Below, piece by piece: positions 30,466 through 44,460 of a stretch of DNA of 64,000 nucleotides; position 1 is the stretch's first letter; each line of letters opens with the position of its first letter. The stretch spans positions 20,150,001 to 20,214,000 of the forward strand of contig OZ024751.1 of assembly GCA_964016885.1 (NCBI GenBank), in the 5' to 3' direction. Source of the DNA: Eledone cirrhosa (Eukaryota). The notes beneath the pieces are model-generated. The model searched no databases and was not told the origin of the DNA. It was given only the letters and a program-made list of their open reading frames with translations. The position numbers were made by a program, and so were the translations under genes.

Positions 30466-30519
<54 letters not shown>

Positions 30520-30624
30520 GGTTTTGGTAGATAAATAGACAGACAAACTGAGAAACATTTAGATAAATAGATAGAGATTTCTGCATTTATGCCAGTCTCT
30601 CTCTCTCTCTCTACACACACACAC

Positions 30625-30686
<62 letters not shown>

Positions 30687-30934
30687 GATATGTTTTTAAG
30701 ATATCGTAGTATTCAAAACATCCAAACATTAACTGAATAAGCTCTCAATAGTGGTGGGTAGGGTGTAGAAATTTAGAAATTAATTAGTAGTAGCTCTAAC
30801 ATAGGATAAATAACTCCTTGTGAAGTCGTGTAGGCACCGTGAAACGGCGTGTCTAAGACACTTAGAAATTCGGCGAGGCCCAACCCTCTCCAAGTCTGAA
30901 CACAGCTGATATTTTCTATAGAGGAAGAATCGAA

Positions 30935-31960
30935 CCCCAGTACCTGACTGGTACTTTTTTTATCGACCTCGAAAGGATAAAAAGCAAATTTGACCTCGGC
31001 GGGATTCGAACTCAGAGCGCGCAATGTGGTGGGATGAATACCGTAAGGCATTCTATCCGACGTCTTAACGACTCTGCCAATTCGCTAGCGTGGTTCATAA
31101 TAGAAGTGGGTATGAAGGAGCGAGACCTGTGTATGTATAGATAAACATGAGGGCGGTGGATTATCAGTAGCAGTAGAGCGTCGGATACCATGCTTTGTGG
31201 CATAAAGTTACGGCCCTTTCCGTTCTGAGTTCATGTTAGCTTTTCTTTTCATCCTTACGAGGCTGATAAAATGAAAGAGTACCAGTCACGCATGGGGGTC
31301 GATGCAGTCATCTTACCCCCCCCCCCCCCTCCTCTCCCCAAATTGCTGGCCTTGGGCCTAAATAAAAAAAAATATTATAGAATACTCAATGACATATACC
31401 TTTATACACACCTCTATTGTGAACCACGCTATGTTAGTACTACCGCTGACAGTAATATAAGGATTTATACGGTGTTGATAAAATAAAGTACCAGTAACGC
31501 ACTGGGTGATTTAATCGATTTCCTCCCCTTCAAAATTTCTGGCCTTGTGCCTAAATCAGAGTTCATTATAGTATGCTATATATACCCCTCTATTGTGAAC
31601 CAACTTTATCTTTCATCCTTCCGAGGTTGATAAACTCAAGTACCAGTAACGCACTGGGTCGACTTTCCCCGTATAGATCCCTATATTACTATTAGTACTA
31701 CTGCTAACAGTAATATATGTTTCTACTTTTGGCACAAGGCCAGTAATTTTTCCAGTGCATTACTGGTACTTTATTTTATCGACTCCGTAAGGATGAAAGG
31801 CAAAGTTAACCTCGACGGGATTTGAACTGCTAACAGTAATATAGGGATTTCTTCGGAATCGATAAAATAAAGAACCAGTAACCTACTGGGGTCGATTTAA
31901 TCGATCCCGCCCCCTTTCCCTTCAAAATTGCTGGCCTTGTGCCTATATCAGAGTTTATTA
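30935..31960. mobile_element. Cluster of six or more Meta-type SINE copies and fragments in both orientations
   Basis: Family motifs at ~30935-31090(-), 31150-31365(+), 31470-31570(+), 31610-31670(+), 31718-31828(-), 31855-31960(+). Confidence 0.8.
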
Positions 31961-32254
31961 TAGTATAGCATATGGTATATAACTTCAGATACGCCTCTAT
32001 TGTGAACAACGCTATGTTTATGCTACTGTTAACACTAAAATATGGATCTAAGGATTTGGGGATCCAATGTACGTGTGGGGTGAGGCAAGGGGCTTTAGAA
32101 AGGGGTAAATAAGTCATAGAGTGCAATATTGGAACAACACAACTTTGTTCTAACTTAATCTTCCACTGAAACACCTCTCGATATATCCTATAATTTATTT
32201 GGGTTCAACAATTTTGAACTTCCATTTTTTTTTTCTTTGTTGTGGATCTTATTC

Positions 32255-33300
32255 TTATTGTTGTTGCTGTTGCTATTGCTGTAGTTGTTGTTGTTGCTGT
32301 AGTTGTTGTTGCTGCTGTTGTTGTTGTTGTTGTTGTAGTTGCTTTTGTTGCTGTTGTTGTTATTGTTGATGTGGTTGTTGTTATTGTTGATGTGATTGTT
32401 GCTGTTGTGGTTGTTGCTGTGGTTGTTGCTGTTGTTGTTGTGGCAGTTGCTGTTGTTGTTGTTGTTGCTGTTTTCGTCATTTCGTCCATAAGCCTCACTC
32501 CCCGCCATGATGGATTTGGCGATTGTGACAATGATGGTGATGGTGGCAATGATGGTGGCAGTGGTGTTGGCGGTAGTGATGTTAGTGGTGTTGGTGTTGG
32601 CAGTGGTGTTAGTGGTGTTGGTGGAAGCAGTGCTGTTGGTGTTGGTGTTGGTGTTGGCAGTGGTGTTGGTGTTGGTGGAAGCAGTGCTGTTAGTGGTGCT
32701 GGTGGAGGCAGTGGTGTTGGTGTTGGCAGTGTTGTTGGTGTTGGCAGTGGTGTTGGTGGAGGCAGTGGTGTTGGTGTTGGTGGAAGCAGTGCTGTTAGTG
32801 GTGTTGGTGGAGGCAGTGTTGTTGGTGTTGGTTGTGGTGTTGGTGTTGGTGGTAGTGATGTTAGTGGTGTTGGTGTTGGCAGTGGTGTTGGTGGTGGTGT
32901 TGGTGGAAGCAGTGCTGTTAGTGGTGTTGGTGGAGGCAGTGGTGTTGGTGTTAGTGTTGGCAGTGGTGGTGTTGATGTTGGCAGTGGTGTTGGTGGAAGC
33001 AGTGCTGTTAGTGGTGTTGGTGGTGGCAGTGTTGTTGATGTTGGCAGTGGTGTTGGTGGAGGCAGTGGTGGTGTTGGTGTTGGCAGTGGTGTTGGTGGAA
33101 GCAGTGCTGTTAGTGGTGTTGTTGGTGGCAGTGTTGTTGGAGTTGGCAGTGGTGTTGGTGGAGGCAGTGTTGTTGATGTTGGCAGTGGTGTTGGTGGAAG
33201 CAGTGCTGTTAGTGGTGTTGGTGGTGGCAGTGGTGTTGGTGGAGGCAGTGGTGGTGTCGATGTTGGCAGTGGTGTTGGTGGTGTTGGCGGCGGTGGTGTG
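32255..33300. repeat. Triplet-based compound minisatellite (GTT/GGT/GGCAGT)
   Basis: Recurring agtggtgttggtggaagcagtgctgtt blocks, all multiples of three; open in several frames. Confidence 0.9.
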
Positions 33301-33430
33301 AGTGTCAAGAGACATAATATTATAATAGCAACAGAAAGAAATATTGGTAAAACTGTCTCAGTGCCACAAAGTACATTTATCATCCGGATAATGAACTCAA
33401 TTAGGTTCTTGTATGGTTAATTACACGGGG

Positions 33431-33468
<38 letters not shown>

Positions 33469-34127
33469 ATGTATTATATTATATATATATGTGTGTGTGT
33501 ATTATATTATATATATATGTGTGTGTATGTATGTATTATATTATATATATATGTGTGTGTGTGTGTATGTATTATATTATATATATGTGTGTGTATGTGT
33601 ATGTATTATATTATATATATATGTGTGTGTGTGTATTATATTATATATATATATATGTGTGTGTGTATGTATGTATTATATTATATTATATGTGTGTGTG
33701 TGTGTGTGTATGTATTATATTATATATATGTGTGTGTATGTGTATGTATAATATTATATATATGTGTGTGTATTATATTATATATATATATGTGCGTGTG
33801 TGTATGTATTATATATATATATATATACATATATATATACATACACACACATACATAATATGAAACAACAACAACAATAACTCTAATAACATCACCACCA
33901 TCGCCAACTCAAAAACCACCCCACCACCATCACAACCTCCACTACTACCACCATCGCTATAACAACAACAACACTACCACTACCAACACCACTAGTATCG
34001 CAATCAACACCCCCACCCCAAACCCCCACCCCCAACAACAATGTATACAACACCGATTAATTTCTAATTACCAAAGTTTTTCTCTCAATTTAACAGCGTT
34101 TTGTAACAACTGACCTCGCCTATAAAT

Positions 34128-34164
<37 letters not shown>

Positions 34165-34319
34165 CACTACTACTATAACTACTACTACCACTACTACTAT
34201 TACTACACCTACTACCACTACTACTATTACCACTACCAGAACTACTACTGCTACTACTACTATTACTACGATTATCATCATCATCATCATGATCATTATT
34301 TGGTAGAATAACTGCTTCG

Positions 34320-35050
34320 TGGTTTATTTTGGCTTTCATCATTACGGGGTCGATAAAATAAAGTACCAGTAATGTACTGCGTCGATTTAATCGACTCCCC
34401 TAAAAAAAATTACTGACCTTGTGCCTATACTAGAAATTATTTGGCAGAATACCTGCTCTTTAGTATTAATTACAATCTTCTACGTTCCGAGTTCAAATCC
34501 CACCGAGGTCAACTTTACTTTTCATCCTTATGGGGTCGATAAAGTAAAGTACCAGCTACACACTGGGATAGATTTTCCCCTCCCCAAAAATTGTTTGCTT
34601 TGTGCCTAAATCAGAAACCATTATCACAGAGCTGTAGATTAGTAGAGCGTCAGACAACATACTTTGTGACATATAGTTAGTACCCTTTTCATTTTGAGTT
34701 CAAATCCTGCTCAGGTTAAATTTGCCTTTCATCCTTACGGGGTCGATAAAATAAAGTACCAGTAATGTACTGGGGTTCATTACTGATTTAATCGGCTTTC
34801 CCTTTGCCAAAAATTGTAGGCGTTGTGCCTAAATCAGAAACCATATATTATTGTTGTGTTTTATCGGTAGAAGGTCTGAAACTAAGCTTTGCAGCATAGA
34901 GTTACGGCCCTTTATGATCTGAGTTAAAATCCCGCCGAGATTAACTTTGCCTTTCACCTTTATGGGGGTCGATAAAATAAAGTACCGGTCACACACTTGG
35001 TCGATTTAAGCGACTTTCCCCTCATCCGAAATTGCTGGCCTTGTGCCTAT
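34320..35050 (+). mobile_element. Head-to-tail run of four Meta-type SINE copies
   Basis: ggggtcgataaa(a)taaagtacc motif at ~34346, 34532, 34739, 34965. Confidence 0.8.
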
Positions 35051-35519
35051 ATTGTTGTGTTTGTGTTAGACAGATGTGTTACTTCTCACTGTCAACGAAT
35101 GAAATTAAGTAGGATAAGTATTCCATTTAATGTAGAAATTCTATAGAAAAAGAATTAAATATTTATTTGTATCGTTTTTCTTCATTTGGTTGGTGCCGGT
35201 GAAACGACTATAAATTTATGAAATATTTATTTTGCTCTTCCTTCTAAGTAAACAAAATAATTTTTTTTATGATGATTTTAAGCAGGAACAACACAAAATA
35301 TTTCGAAACAGAACGAACACGAGTTTTTGTTACAGATGTTAAACAAAAAAAGGCAACCAATTTGTCAAAAATTGTTAGAACGCCAGATACCATTTGTCTG
35401 TAATACCATCCTATAACTCTTACAACAATTAGAGAGTAAATAAAAGGTGATTAAAGGTGACAGATTGTCACCGAGTGTACTCAAAACAAAACAACAGAAG
35501 AATATTGTTGAGCGAATTG

Positions 35520-35785
35520 AAAGTACCAGTAAATCACTGGCATAATTGCTGGCCTTTTACCAAAAATAGAAACAATTATTTATTTATTTATGTATTCAAT
35601 TTAAACGTCTGTATAGAGCTAGTAAGCCATGACAGACTCCGGGAACTGTTGAGTATTCCTTACAATCGGAATATAGAGCTTACTAGCTCTATACAGACGT
35701 TTAAATTGAATACATAAATAAATAAATAATTGTTTCTATTTTTGGTAAAAGGCCAGCAATTATGCCAGTGATTTACTGGTACTTT
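35520..35785. repeat. Inverted duplication, ~108 bp arms with ~50 bp spacer, including a SINE 3' end plus flank
   Basis: 35520-35627 is the reverse complement of 35678-35785. Confidence 0.9.
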
Positions 35786-36113
35786 ATTTTATCGACCCCG
35801 TAAGGATGAAAGGCAAAGTTAACCTCGGCGCGATTTGAACTCAGATCGTAAAGGGGCGTAACTTTATGCTGCAAAGCATGGCGTCCAACCTTCCACCGAT
35901 ACTGCCAATCCACCACCTAAATAAATAAATAATAATTGTTTCTACTTTAGGCACAAGGCCAGCAATTACCCAGCACATTACTGGTACTTTATTTTATCGA
36001 CCCCGTAAGGATGAAAGGCAAAGTTGACCTCGGCGGAATTTGAACTCAGAATGGAAAGGGCTGTAACTCTATGCATCAAAGCATTGCGTCCGACCCTCTA
36101 CCGATACTGCCAA
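35715..36113 (-). mobile_element. Two tandem full-length Meta-type SINEs
   Basis: Copies at ~35715-35918 and ~35930-36113. Confidence 0.85.
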
Positions 36114-36876
36114 AATAAATAAATAATAATAACTAGAGGTGTGCAAATACTCAAAGAAGACCTCTTTAATGAGATCACTTGAGGTTCACGTCCGTGCGAT
36201 TGAGCCACGTAGGTCTTAGATCAAAGCTGGCTGCTCAAAGATGTAAAAATATTGACGGTGTTTTGTTGTATGAGATGGAGGATTTAGGAACGGGTTTTAA
36301 GAGACACGAAAATGGTAGGATGTTTGTTTTTTAAAGACCCACACCAATGGCCCACTACCACCACCACCTCTAATACTACTACAACTACTACTAGTACTAC
36401 TACTATCACCACTCGACTAATACTAATACCACCACTCCTACTACTAATACTACTGTCAGATTAGGAGGAGAAAAGAGTTATAATTAACTACTTTTTATAT
36501 TCTTTCTCTTACATAATCTTCCATGTTTATAAAGCTACTTTGACGATACAGGAAGAAGATAAGAAAGAGGGTGAGAAAGGAAAAAACGAAAGAAAGAAAA
36601 TGGCTGAAGAGAGGAAAAGGCAACACCATAATTATCATCATCATCACCATCCTCCCTATCAATACTAACATCATCATCATCATCATCATGGTCAAAACCT
36701 TGCCGCCATGTCTGTTAGTAGTGCAATACTTGTCAATTGAAAACGTTATCTTGTACATCAAGAATGAAACATGTGTCAGTGCGTTAGTATATGTCAGTGT
36801 GCATAGTGTATGTGTGTTTATATATATATGTGTGTGTGTGTGTGTGCGCGCGCATGTTTGTGTGTCTATATGTATG

Positions 36877-36919
<43 letters not shown>

Positions 36920-37020
36920 TATATGTATATATTTGTGTATACATATATATGTCTATATATACATATATGTACATGTATATATATAAACATGTATATATAT
37001 AAACATGTATATATATAAAC

Positions 37021-37076
<56 letters not shown>

Positions 37077-37107
37077 ATATATATATACATATATACATAT
37101 ATATATA

Positions 37108-38003
37108 CGAGGTGTGTCAGAAAAGTTCCAGGACTGATGTCACAAAAGATTTATTTCAAACCCAAACTTCACACTAAGAATTTTCTCCTTCAAAGTAATC
37201 CCCCTGGAGTCTAATGCACTTTTCCATCCTTTTCTGCCATGTTTGCATGCACTCCTGGAAGGATTCTTCCGGGATCCTCCGCAGTTCCGTCGTTACGGCC
37301 TTTTTGATGTTGTCCACGTCTTCAAAACGGGCCCCCTCCAGGTCGTACTCGAAGATCCATGACTCATCACCAGTGATGACTGTCCCTAGCAAGTCTGGTT
37401 CGATTTCAAGAGGCTCGAGGATGTCCTGGCACACTTGCATGCGTCGACCCTTCTGGTCATCGTTCACCAGTTTTGGCACCATCTTCGCGCAGACTTTTCG
37501 CATGTCCAAATCTTCAGTGAGAATCTTCCAGACGCTGTCCCGATTCATGCCCAGCTCATTTGCCATCAGTCGAACAGTCAGCCGACCATCGTTACGCACC
37601 ATCTGCCTGACGCACTCAACGTTGACCTCAGTCCTGGTTGTTGAGGGACTTCCGCTCATGGGGTCATCTTCCACGCCCTCGCGTCCTTCTTTAAACCTCT
37701 TGCACCACTCAAAAACATGTGATCATGACATCGTCTCATCTCCATACACTTGCTGCAGCAATCCCAGTGCTTCTGACGGAGTTTTCAAGTTTGTTTGTTG
37801 CTCTGTGCTCATTGCTTGACGACCTGAAACAGAAGACATGTATATAAAATTATGAAAAAAAAAGTTTGATCGCTGCAGAGAGCTAAGTTTACAGTTACAT
37901 ACTCCAGGGGGATTACTTTGAAGGAGAAAACTCTTAGTGTGAAGTTTGAGTTTGAAATAAATCTTTTGTGACATCAGTCCTGGAACTTTTCTGACACACC
38001 TCG
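37108..38003 (-). mobile_element. Mariner-derived non-autonomous element (~896 bp) with 103 bp terminal inverted repeats
   Basis: TA-flanked; IR 37108-37210 / 37901-38003; transposase relic with KVCAKMVPK, ITGDESWIFEYD and [12 protein letters not shown] motifs; second and third catalytic Asp region deleted. Confidence 0.93.
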
Positions 38004-38229
38004 TATATATATATACATGCATATATTTAAATACATATATATACATACATACATACATACTTATATATACATATGTATGTATAGGTACATATATATACAT
38101 ACATACATACATACATACATACATACATACATACATACATACATACATACATACATACATACTTATATATACATATGTATGTATAGGTACATATATATAT
38201 ATATATATACATACATATGTATAAGTATG

Positions 38230-38268
<39 letters not shown>

Positions 38269-38304
38269 CTATACATACATATGTATATATAAGTATTATG
38301 TATG

Positions 38305-38359
<55 letters not shown>

Positions 38360-38428
38360 CTATACATACATATGTATATATAAGTATGTATGTATGTATG
38401 TATAGGTACATATACATACATACATACA

Positions 38429-38460
<32 letters not shown>

Positions 38461-38898
38461 CATGCATATATATATACATACTTATATATATATATATATA
38501 TAAAGATCTATGTTAACGTTATATACAGTAAACTCTAGTAACTCCATCACCACTTCCTACTTCAGCCATAACAATAACTCTGGTCCTTACCTGATCCTTT
38601 CCCTCTTGCAGACCGGAAACCAGTCAAATAGAAAATGTCTACCAAACAGGATGTGGATTTATAAGTTCCAGATGCTTTCGTTCTTTCCTTCCTGCTTTCC
38701 TTTTTTGTCCTTGCCAACTCTTCTTCTTCTCCCTCTTCTTCTTCCTCTTGTTCTCCCTCTTCTTCTTCTTCTTCTACTTCTACTTCTTCTTCGTCTTCCT
38801 CTTCTCTTTGTTTTGCGCGATTTCTTTCGGAACTCTTTTCCTTCTCTATTCCTTCCTTCTTTTCCTTCTCTCTATCTATATATATATATATATATATA

Positions 38899-39034
<136 letters not shown>

Positions 39035-40349
39035 TCTCTCTCCCTTGCTATTTTCTTCCTTTCTGTTTTATCTCTTTCTGTTTTGCACTTTTCTTCCAGA
39101 TTCATTCATTCTCTCTATCTATCTATCTCTCTCTCTCTCTCACACACACACACTCACTCTCTCACACACACACACATACACACACACTCTCTCTCTCTCT
39201 CTCTCTCTCACACACTCACTCTCTCTCACACACACACATTCACACTCTCTCTCTCTCTCTCACACACACACATTCACACTCTCTCTCTCTTAAACACACT
39301 CACTCTCTCACTCTCACTCACTCTGTCACACACACACTCTTCTTCCCGTCAATCTTTCTATTAAACTTTATTTCCTACTTCCAAAATACAATACCAGTTA
39401 AATACTGGGGTCCATATGAACGCCTTTCATCATCCACCAAATTGCCGGCCTTGTGCCTCAATTAGAAATCATTCTTTCTTCTTTTACTTTCTGTCCGTAT
39501 CCACTTCTTCTTGTTGCTGTTGTTCTTGTTGCTTATAGTTCGGTTGTTGCTGCTGTTGTTGTTGTTGTTGTTAATGTTGCACTTGCTGCTGATGTTGCCG
39601 CTGTTGCTGATGCTGCTGTTCCTGCTAGTGTTGCTGTTGTTGTTGTTGCAGTTGTTGCTGTTGCTGCTGTCCTTGTTAGTGTTGCTGTTGTTACTGTTGT
39701 TGCTGTTGTTATTTTTGTTCCTTTTAACAAAATGTTTATTTTCGTGCTATTAAAAAAATGTTCTGCCTTTAAAATAATGAAACATTTTGGTTTTTAAAAA
39801 TAGGCCGATTAAACACAAACGGAATATTTGAGTAAGGAAGTACAGCCGAAATCCATTAACTATATATGGAAGGAAATAATGGATTAAACAGCCAAGAATT
39901 CATTTCCAAGAATTATGTAAAATAAATAAATAAATAAATGAATAACTAAATAAATAAATTCCATTTCAAATGACAACATTGGTTGAAGGTTGACAGTTTA
40001 ATTTTGAATGCTAAAAAAAAAATAATAAAATATAAGAAAAAACCATTTTGTTGTTGTTGCTTTAACTTCCTGTTGTTGACTAAGTGTTTCTATTATTTAT
40101 ATATTTATTGTTGTATTTGATTGTTTAGTTATTTGTTTGTTCGTTTGATTGTTTACTTGATTATTTGTTTCATTTGTGGTTTTATTTTATTTTATTTTAT
40201 TTTCTCGTTCACACGAATTCTGATATTTTAACTGGCCTTCTTTAGAGATATTTTTGAATTCGCTTACTTCTTAAAATATATTTTAACACTGTTCAGTAAC
40301 ATAAACAGTGCTGTTGCTGTTGATACTAAACTTTGTTTTTTCCAATTAA

Positions 40350-40478
40350 GTAAACTGGAGCATTATGAAAGTAAAGAGTCTTCCTCGGGAATACAACGCA
40401 CAGCACGGTCAGGGAATCGAACTCACGACTTTACAAAACAAGTCCAGTACTTTAACCATGAGGCCGCACGCCTCCACA
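40350..40478 (-). mobile_element. Diverged CORE-type SINE 5' part
   Basis: gggaatcgaactcac (B-box reverse complement) and taaccatgaggccgcacgcctccac (A-box region). Confidence 0.6.
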
Positions 40479-40610
40479 ACACAGTATGTGATGTTTCATA
40501 AGCCATTAGACAGCTGAATCATCAATGACTACCCTGCAGTTTTAAAATATAACAACTATACAACAATTCCTTTACTGTTTGTATATATGACATTCATATT
40601 TTTCTATACT

Positions 40611-41160
<550 letters not shown>

Positions 41161-41184
41161 AATAAATAAATAAATATATATATA

Positions 41185-41217
<33 letters not shown>

Positions 41218-41222
<5 letters not shown>

Positions 41223-41426
41223 AAAAGGTTCAGGACCCCGACAGCAGAGATCACGCCGTTTCGACGGCTATTTCTGGACTCTGAGTCCAGAAATAGCCGT
41301 CGAAACGGCGTTAGCTCTGCCGACGGGGTCCTGAACTTTTTCCTATTACCCACTCTACTACCCAAAGTATCGAGTACTCTGGTGCGTTATGGTCCACCTG
41401 GTTCCTTACCACACTTCCTTCGTTAC
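41218..41426 (+). mobile_element. PLE-like fold-back insert: 129 bp palindrome centred at 41282 plus tail
   Basis: Arms 41218-41281 / 41283-41346 carry C-GAAACGGCGU (HHR 3' half); the tail is shared with 14021-14092 and 24858-24935. Confidence 0.75.
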
Positions 41427-41458
41427 ACATATGTGTGTGTATGTGTGTGTGTGTGTGT

Positions 41459-41539
<81 letters not shown>

Positions 41540-41660
41540 TGCGTGTGCGTGTGCGTGTGTGTTGTGTTATGTATATCCGTAGAAAAGGTTTTTAATTTTA
41601 ATTCAGCCTCACTTTCATTTTTAATAGATTTTAATTTCAAATTTTATATCCATAACAATG

Positions 41661-41730
41661 TTTTATCTGATGAGCGAACTGGGCGTCTCTGTTAGAATCG
41701 TCTTATTTCGTGCAACCTTGAGTAATGGAA
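41661..41730 (+). ncRNA. Decayed hammerhead-like motif
   Basis: UUUUAU-CUGAUGA-GCGAA...UUCGU-GCAACCUUGAGUA-AUGGAA; GAAA mutated to GCAA. Confidence 0.5.
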
Positions 41731-41844
41731 TAATTATATTGTGTTGTTTATTATATATATAGAGAGAGAGAGAGGGAGAGAGAGAGAGGGGTTGAAAGAA
41801 AGAGAGAGGAACGGGGAAAGAGAGAATTTATATGTTTCTATTAC

Positions 41845-42058
41845 AAGGTTTAAGCGGCGACGTGGCCAGAGTGCTAGCGTCGAGAACGGCTTTGAGCCAG
41901 TTTTTCGACGCGAAGCACGAAGGCTGCGTTGTCCGAAGTAAAATACGTGCTCTAGGGAACGAGGGGACCAAAGCTGTTGGCTGGGCCCGCGTGACAGAGG
42001 CCAACAGTGGAACTAAATCCACCATCCGGTCTTTGCGAGACCTGGATGGACGGGCGAT
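41845..42058 (+). mobile_element. Tx1/L1-clade ORF2 internal fragment (endonuclease-RT linker)
   Basis: GC-rich island encoding HEGCVVRSKIRALGNEGTK...TIRSLRDLDG, like the G..RSR..EGEK...I..L...G linker pattern. Confidence 0.6.
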
Positions 42059-42289
42059 TCTTTGTTTTTTCTATACTGTTCATATATGATATTTATATGT
42101 TTTTCGATATTCTTTTATACATAATATATATATTTATATGTCTTTCTATATTGTTTATATATACGAAGACTATACATAGTAATCGATTTAATCGAATTCC
42201 CCTCCCCACAAACATTGTTGGAAATTTTGCCTAAAACCGAAGCCATTGTTTTTCCTATACTCTTTATTATATTATATTATATTTGTATG

Positions 42290-42611
42290 TGGATTGGCAG
42301 TATCGTTAGAGCGTCGGACAATATGCTTCGCGGCATAGAGTTATGGCCCTTTGCGTTCTGAGTTCAAATCACGCCGAGGTTAACTTTGCCTTTCATCCTT
42401 ACAGGGTCGATAAAATAAAGTACCTGTAATGCACTGGAATAATTGCTGACCTTGTGCCAAAAGTAGAAACATTTATATTATATTTATATGTTTTTCTATT
42501 GTATATATATATATATATATATACAATTATATTATATTTATATGTTTTTCTATTGTGTATATATATATATATATATACAATTATATTATATTTATATGTT
42601 TTTCTATTGTG

Positions 42612-42647
<36 letters not shown>

Positions 42648-42675
42648 ATTATATTATATTTATATGTTTTTCTAT

Positions 42676-42727
<52 letters not shown>

Positions 42728-42753
42728 TATATTATATTTATATGTTTTTCTAT

Positions 42754-42799
<46 letters not shown>

Positions 42800-42877
42800 T
42801 ATATTATATTTATATGTTTTTCTATTGTGTATATATATATATATATATACAATTATATTATATTTTATGTTTTCTAT

Positions 42878-42920
<43 letters not shown>

Positions 42921-43140
42921 GGGTTATATGTTGTTGTCGTTTTATTATTTATTCTGATTGGCAGTATCGGTAGAGTGTCGGACGCCATGCTTTGACGCAT
43001 AGAGCTACGGCCCTTGCCATTCTGAGTTCAAATCCCGCCGAGGTTAACTTTGCCTTTCGTCCTTATGGGGTCGATAAAATAAAGTACCAGTAATACACTG
43101 AGTAATTGCTGGCCTTGTGCCAAAAGCAGAAACAATTATT
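42290..43140 (+). mobile_element. Two Meta-type SINEs (42290-42475, 42955-43140) separated by a TA-variable ~45 bp minisatellite
   Basis: Family motifs; unit caattatattatatttatatgtttttctattgtg(ta)n. Confidence 0.85.
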
Positions 43141-43476
43141 TATTCTATACTATTTTGGTAGGATATTTCTTTCTTCCTCGATCAACAAATCAAATATTAA
43201 ACACAGTATTTAGTTCAACGGAAGTGAAATACGTAATACATATTAACAGATGAATAGGGGGAAAGAATAGAAATTGATCAACAATAAAGAAGGAAAAAAA
43301 GAAGGAGAGAAGGAAGAAAGAAGGAAAGGAAGAAGGAAAGAAAGAAGGAAAGGAAGAAGGAAAGAAAGAAGGAAAGAAAGAAGGAGAGAAACACCTGAGT
43401 CATTCATTATTCTCTCTGATGATAACAACAAGCAAGTCCATGCTCAGTCACTTGAAAGTATATAAATATATGTAGG

Positions 43477-43522
<46 letters not shown>

Positions 43523-43802
43523 TATGTATATATATATATATAAATATATGTATATATATATAAATATATGTATATATATATATAAATATATGTATATATA
43601 TATATATAAATATATGTATATATATATATAAATATATGTATATATATATATAAATATATGTATATATATATATGTATATGTATATATATGTATATATATA
43701 TGTGTGTATATATATATGTATATATATATATGTATATATATGTATAAATATATGTATATATATGTATAAATATATGTATATATATGTATATATATATGTA
43801 TA

Positions 43803-43841
<39 letters not shown>

Positions 43842-43878
43842 GTATATATATATATGTATGTATATATGTATATGAATA

Positions 43879-43911
<33 letters not shown>

Positions 43912-44003
43912 ATGTATATATATATGTATATATACATGTATATGTATATATGTATATGTATATGTATATATATATATATGTATATGTATATATATCTATG
44001 TAT

Positions 44004-44036
<33 letters not shown>

Positions 44037-44197
44037 AATGTATATGTATATATATATATCTATATGTATATATATGTATATATATACATATATATCCATA
44101 TATATCTATATATGTATATATCTATATATATACACATATATATATATATATATATATATATCCATATATATCTATATATGTATATATCTATATATAT

Positions 44198-44247
<50 letters not shown>

Positions 44248-44338
44248 ATATATATAGATATATAGATATATAGATATATATGGATATATATGTATACATA
44301 TATATATATACATATAGATATATATATACATATACATT

Positions 44339-44371
<33 letters not shown>

Positions 44372-44460
44372 ACATATACATATATATATACATATACATA
44401 TATATATACATATATATATATACATAAACATATATATATATATATACATATATATACATA

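Noticed and set aside
32188-33420. Mucin-like Thr/Asn or Gly/Val/Ser ORFs of 375-392 aa
   Set aside because: A triplet-based repeat open on both strands, with no convincing splice or domain context; coding cannot be fully excluded without RNA data.
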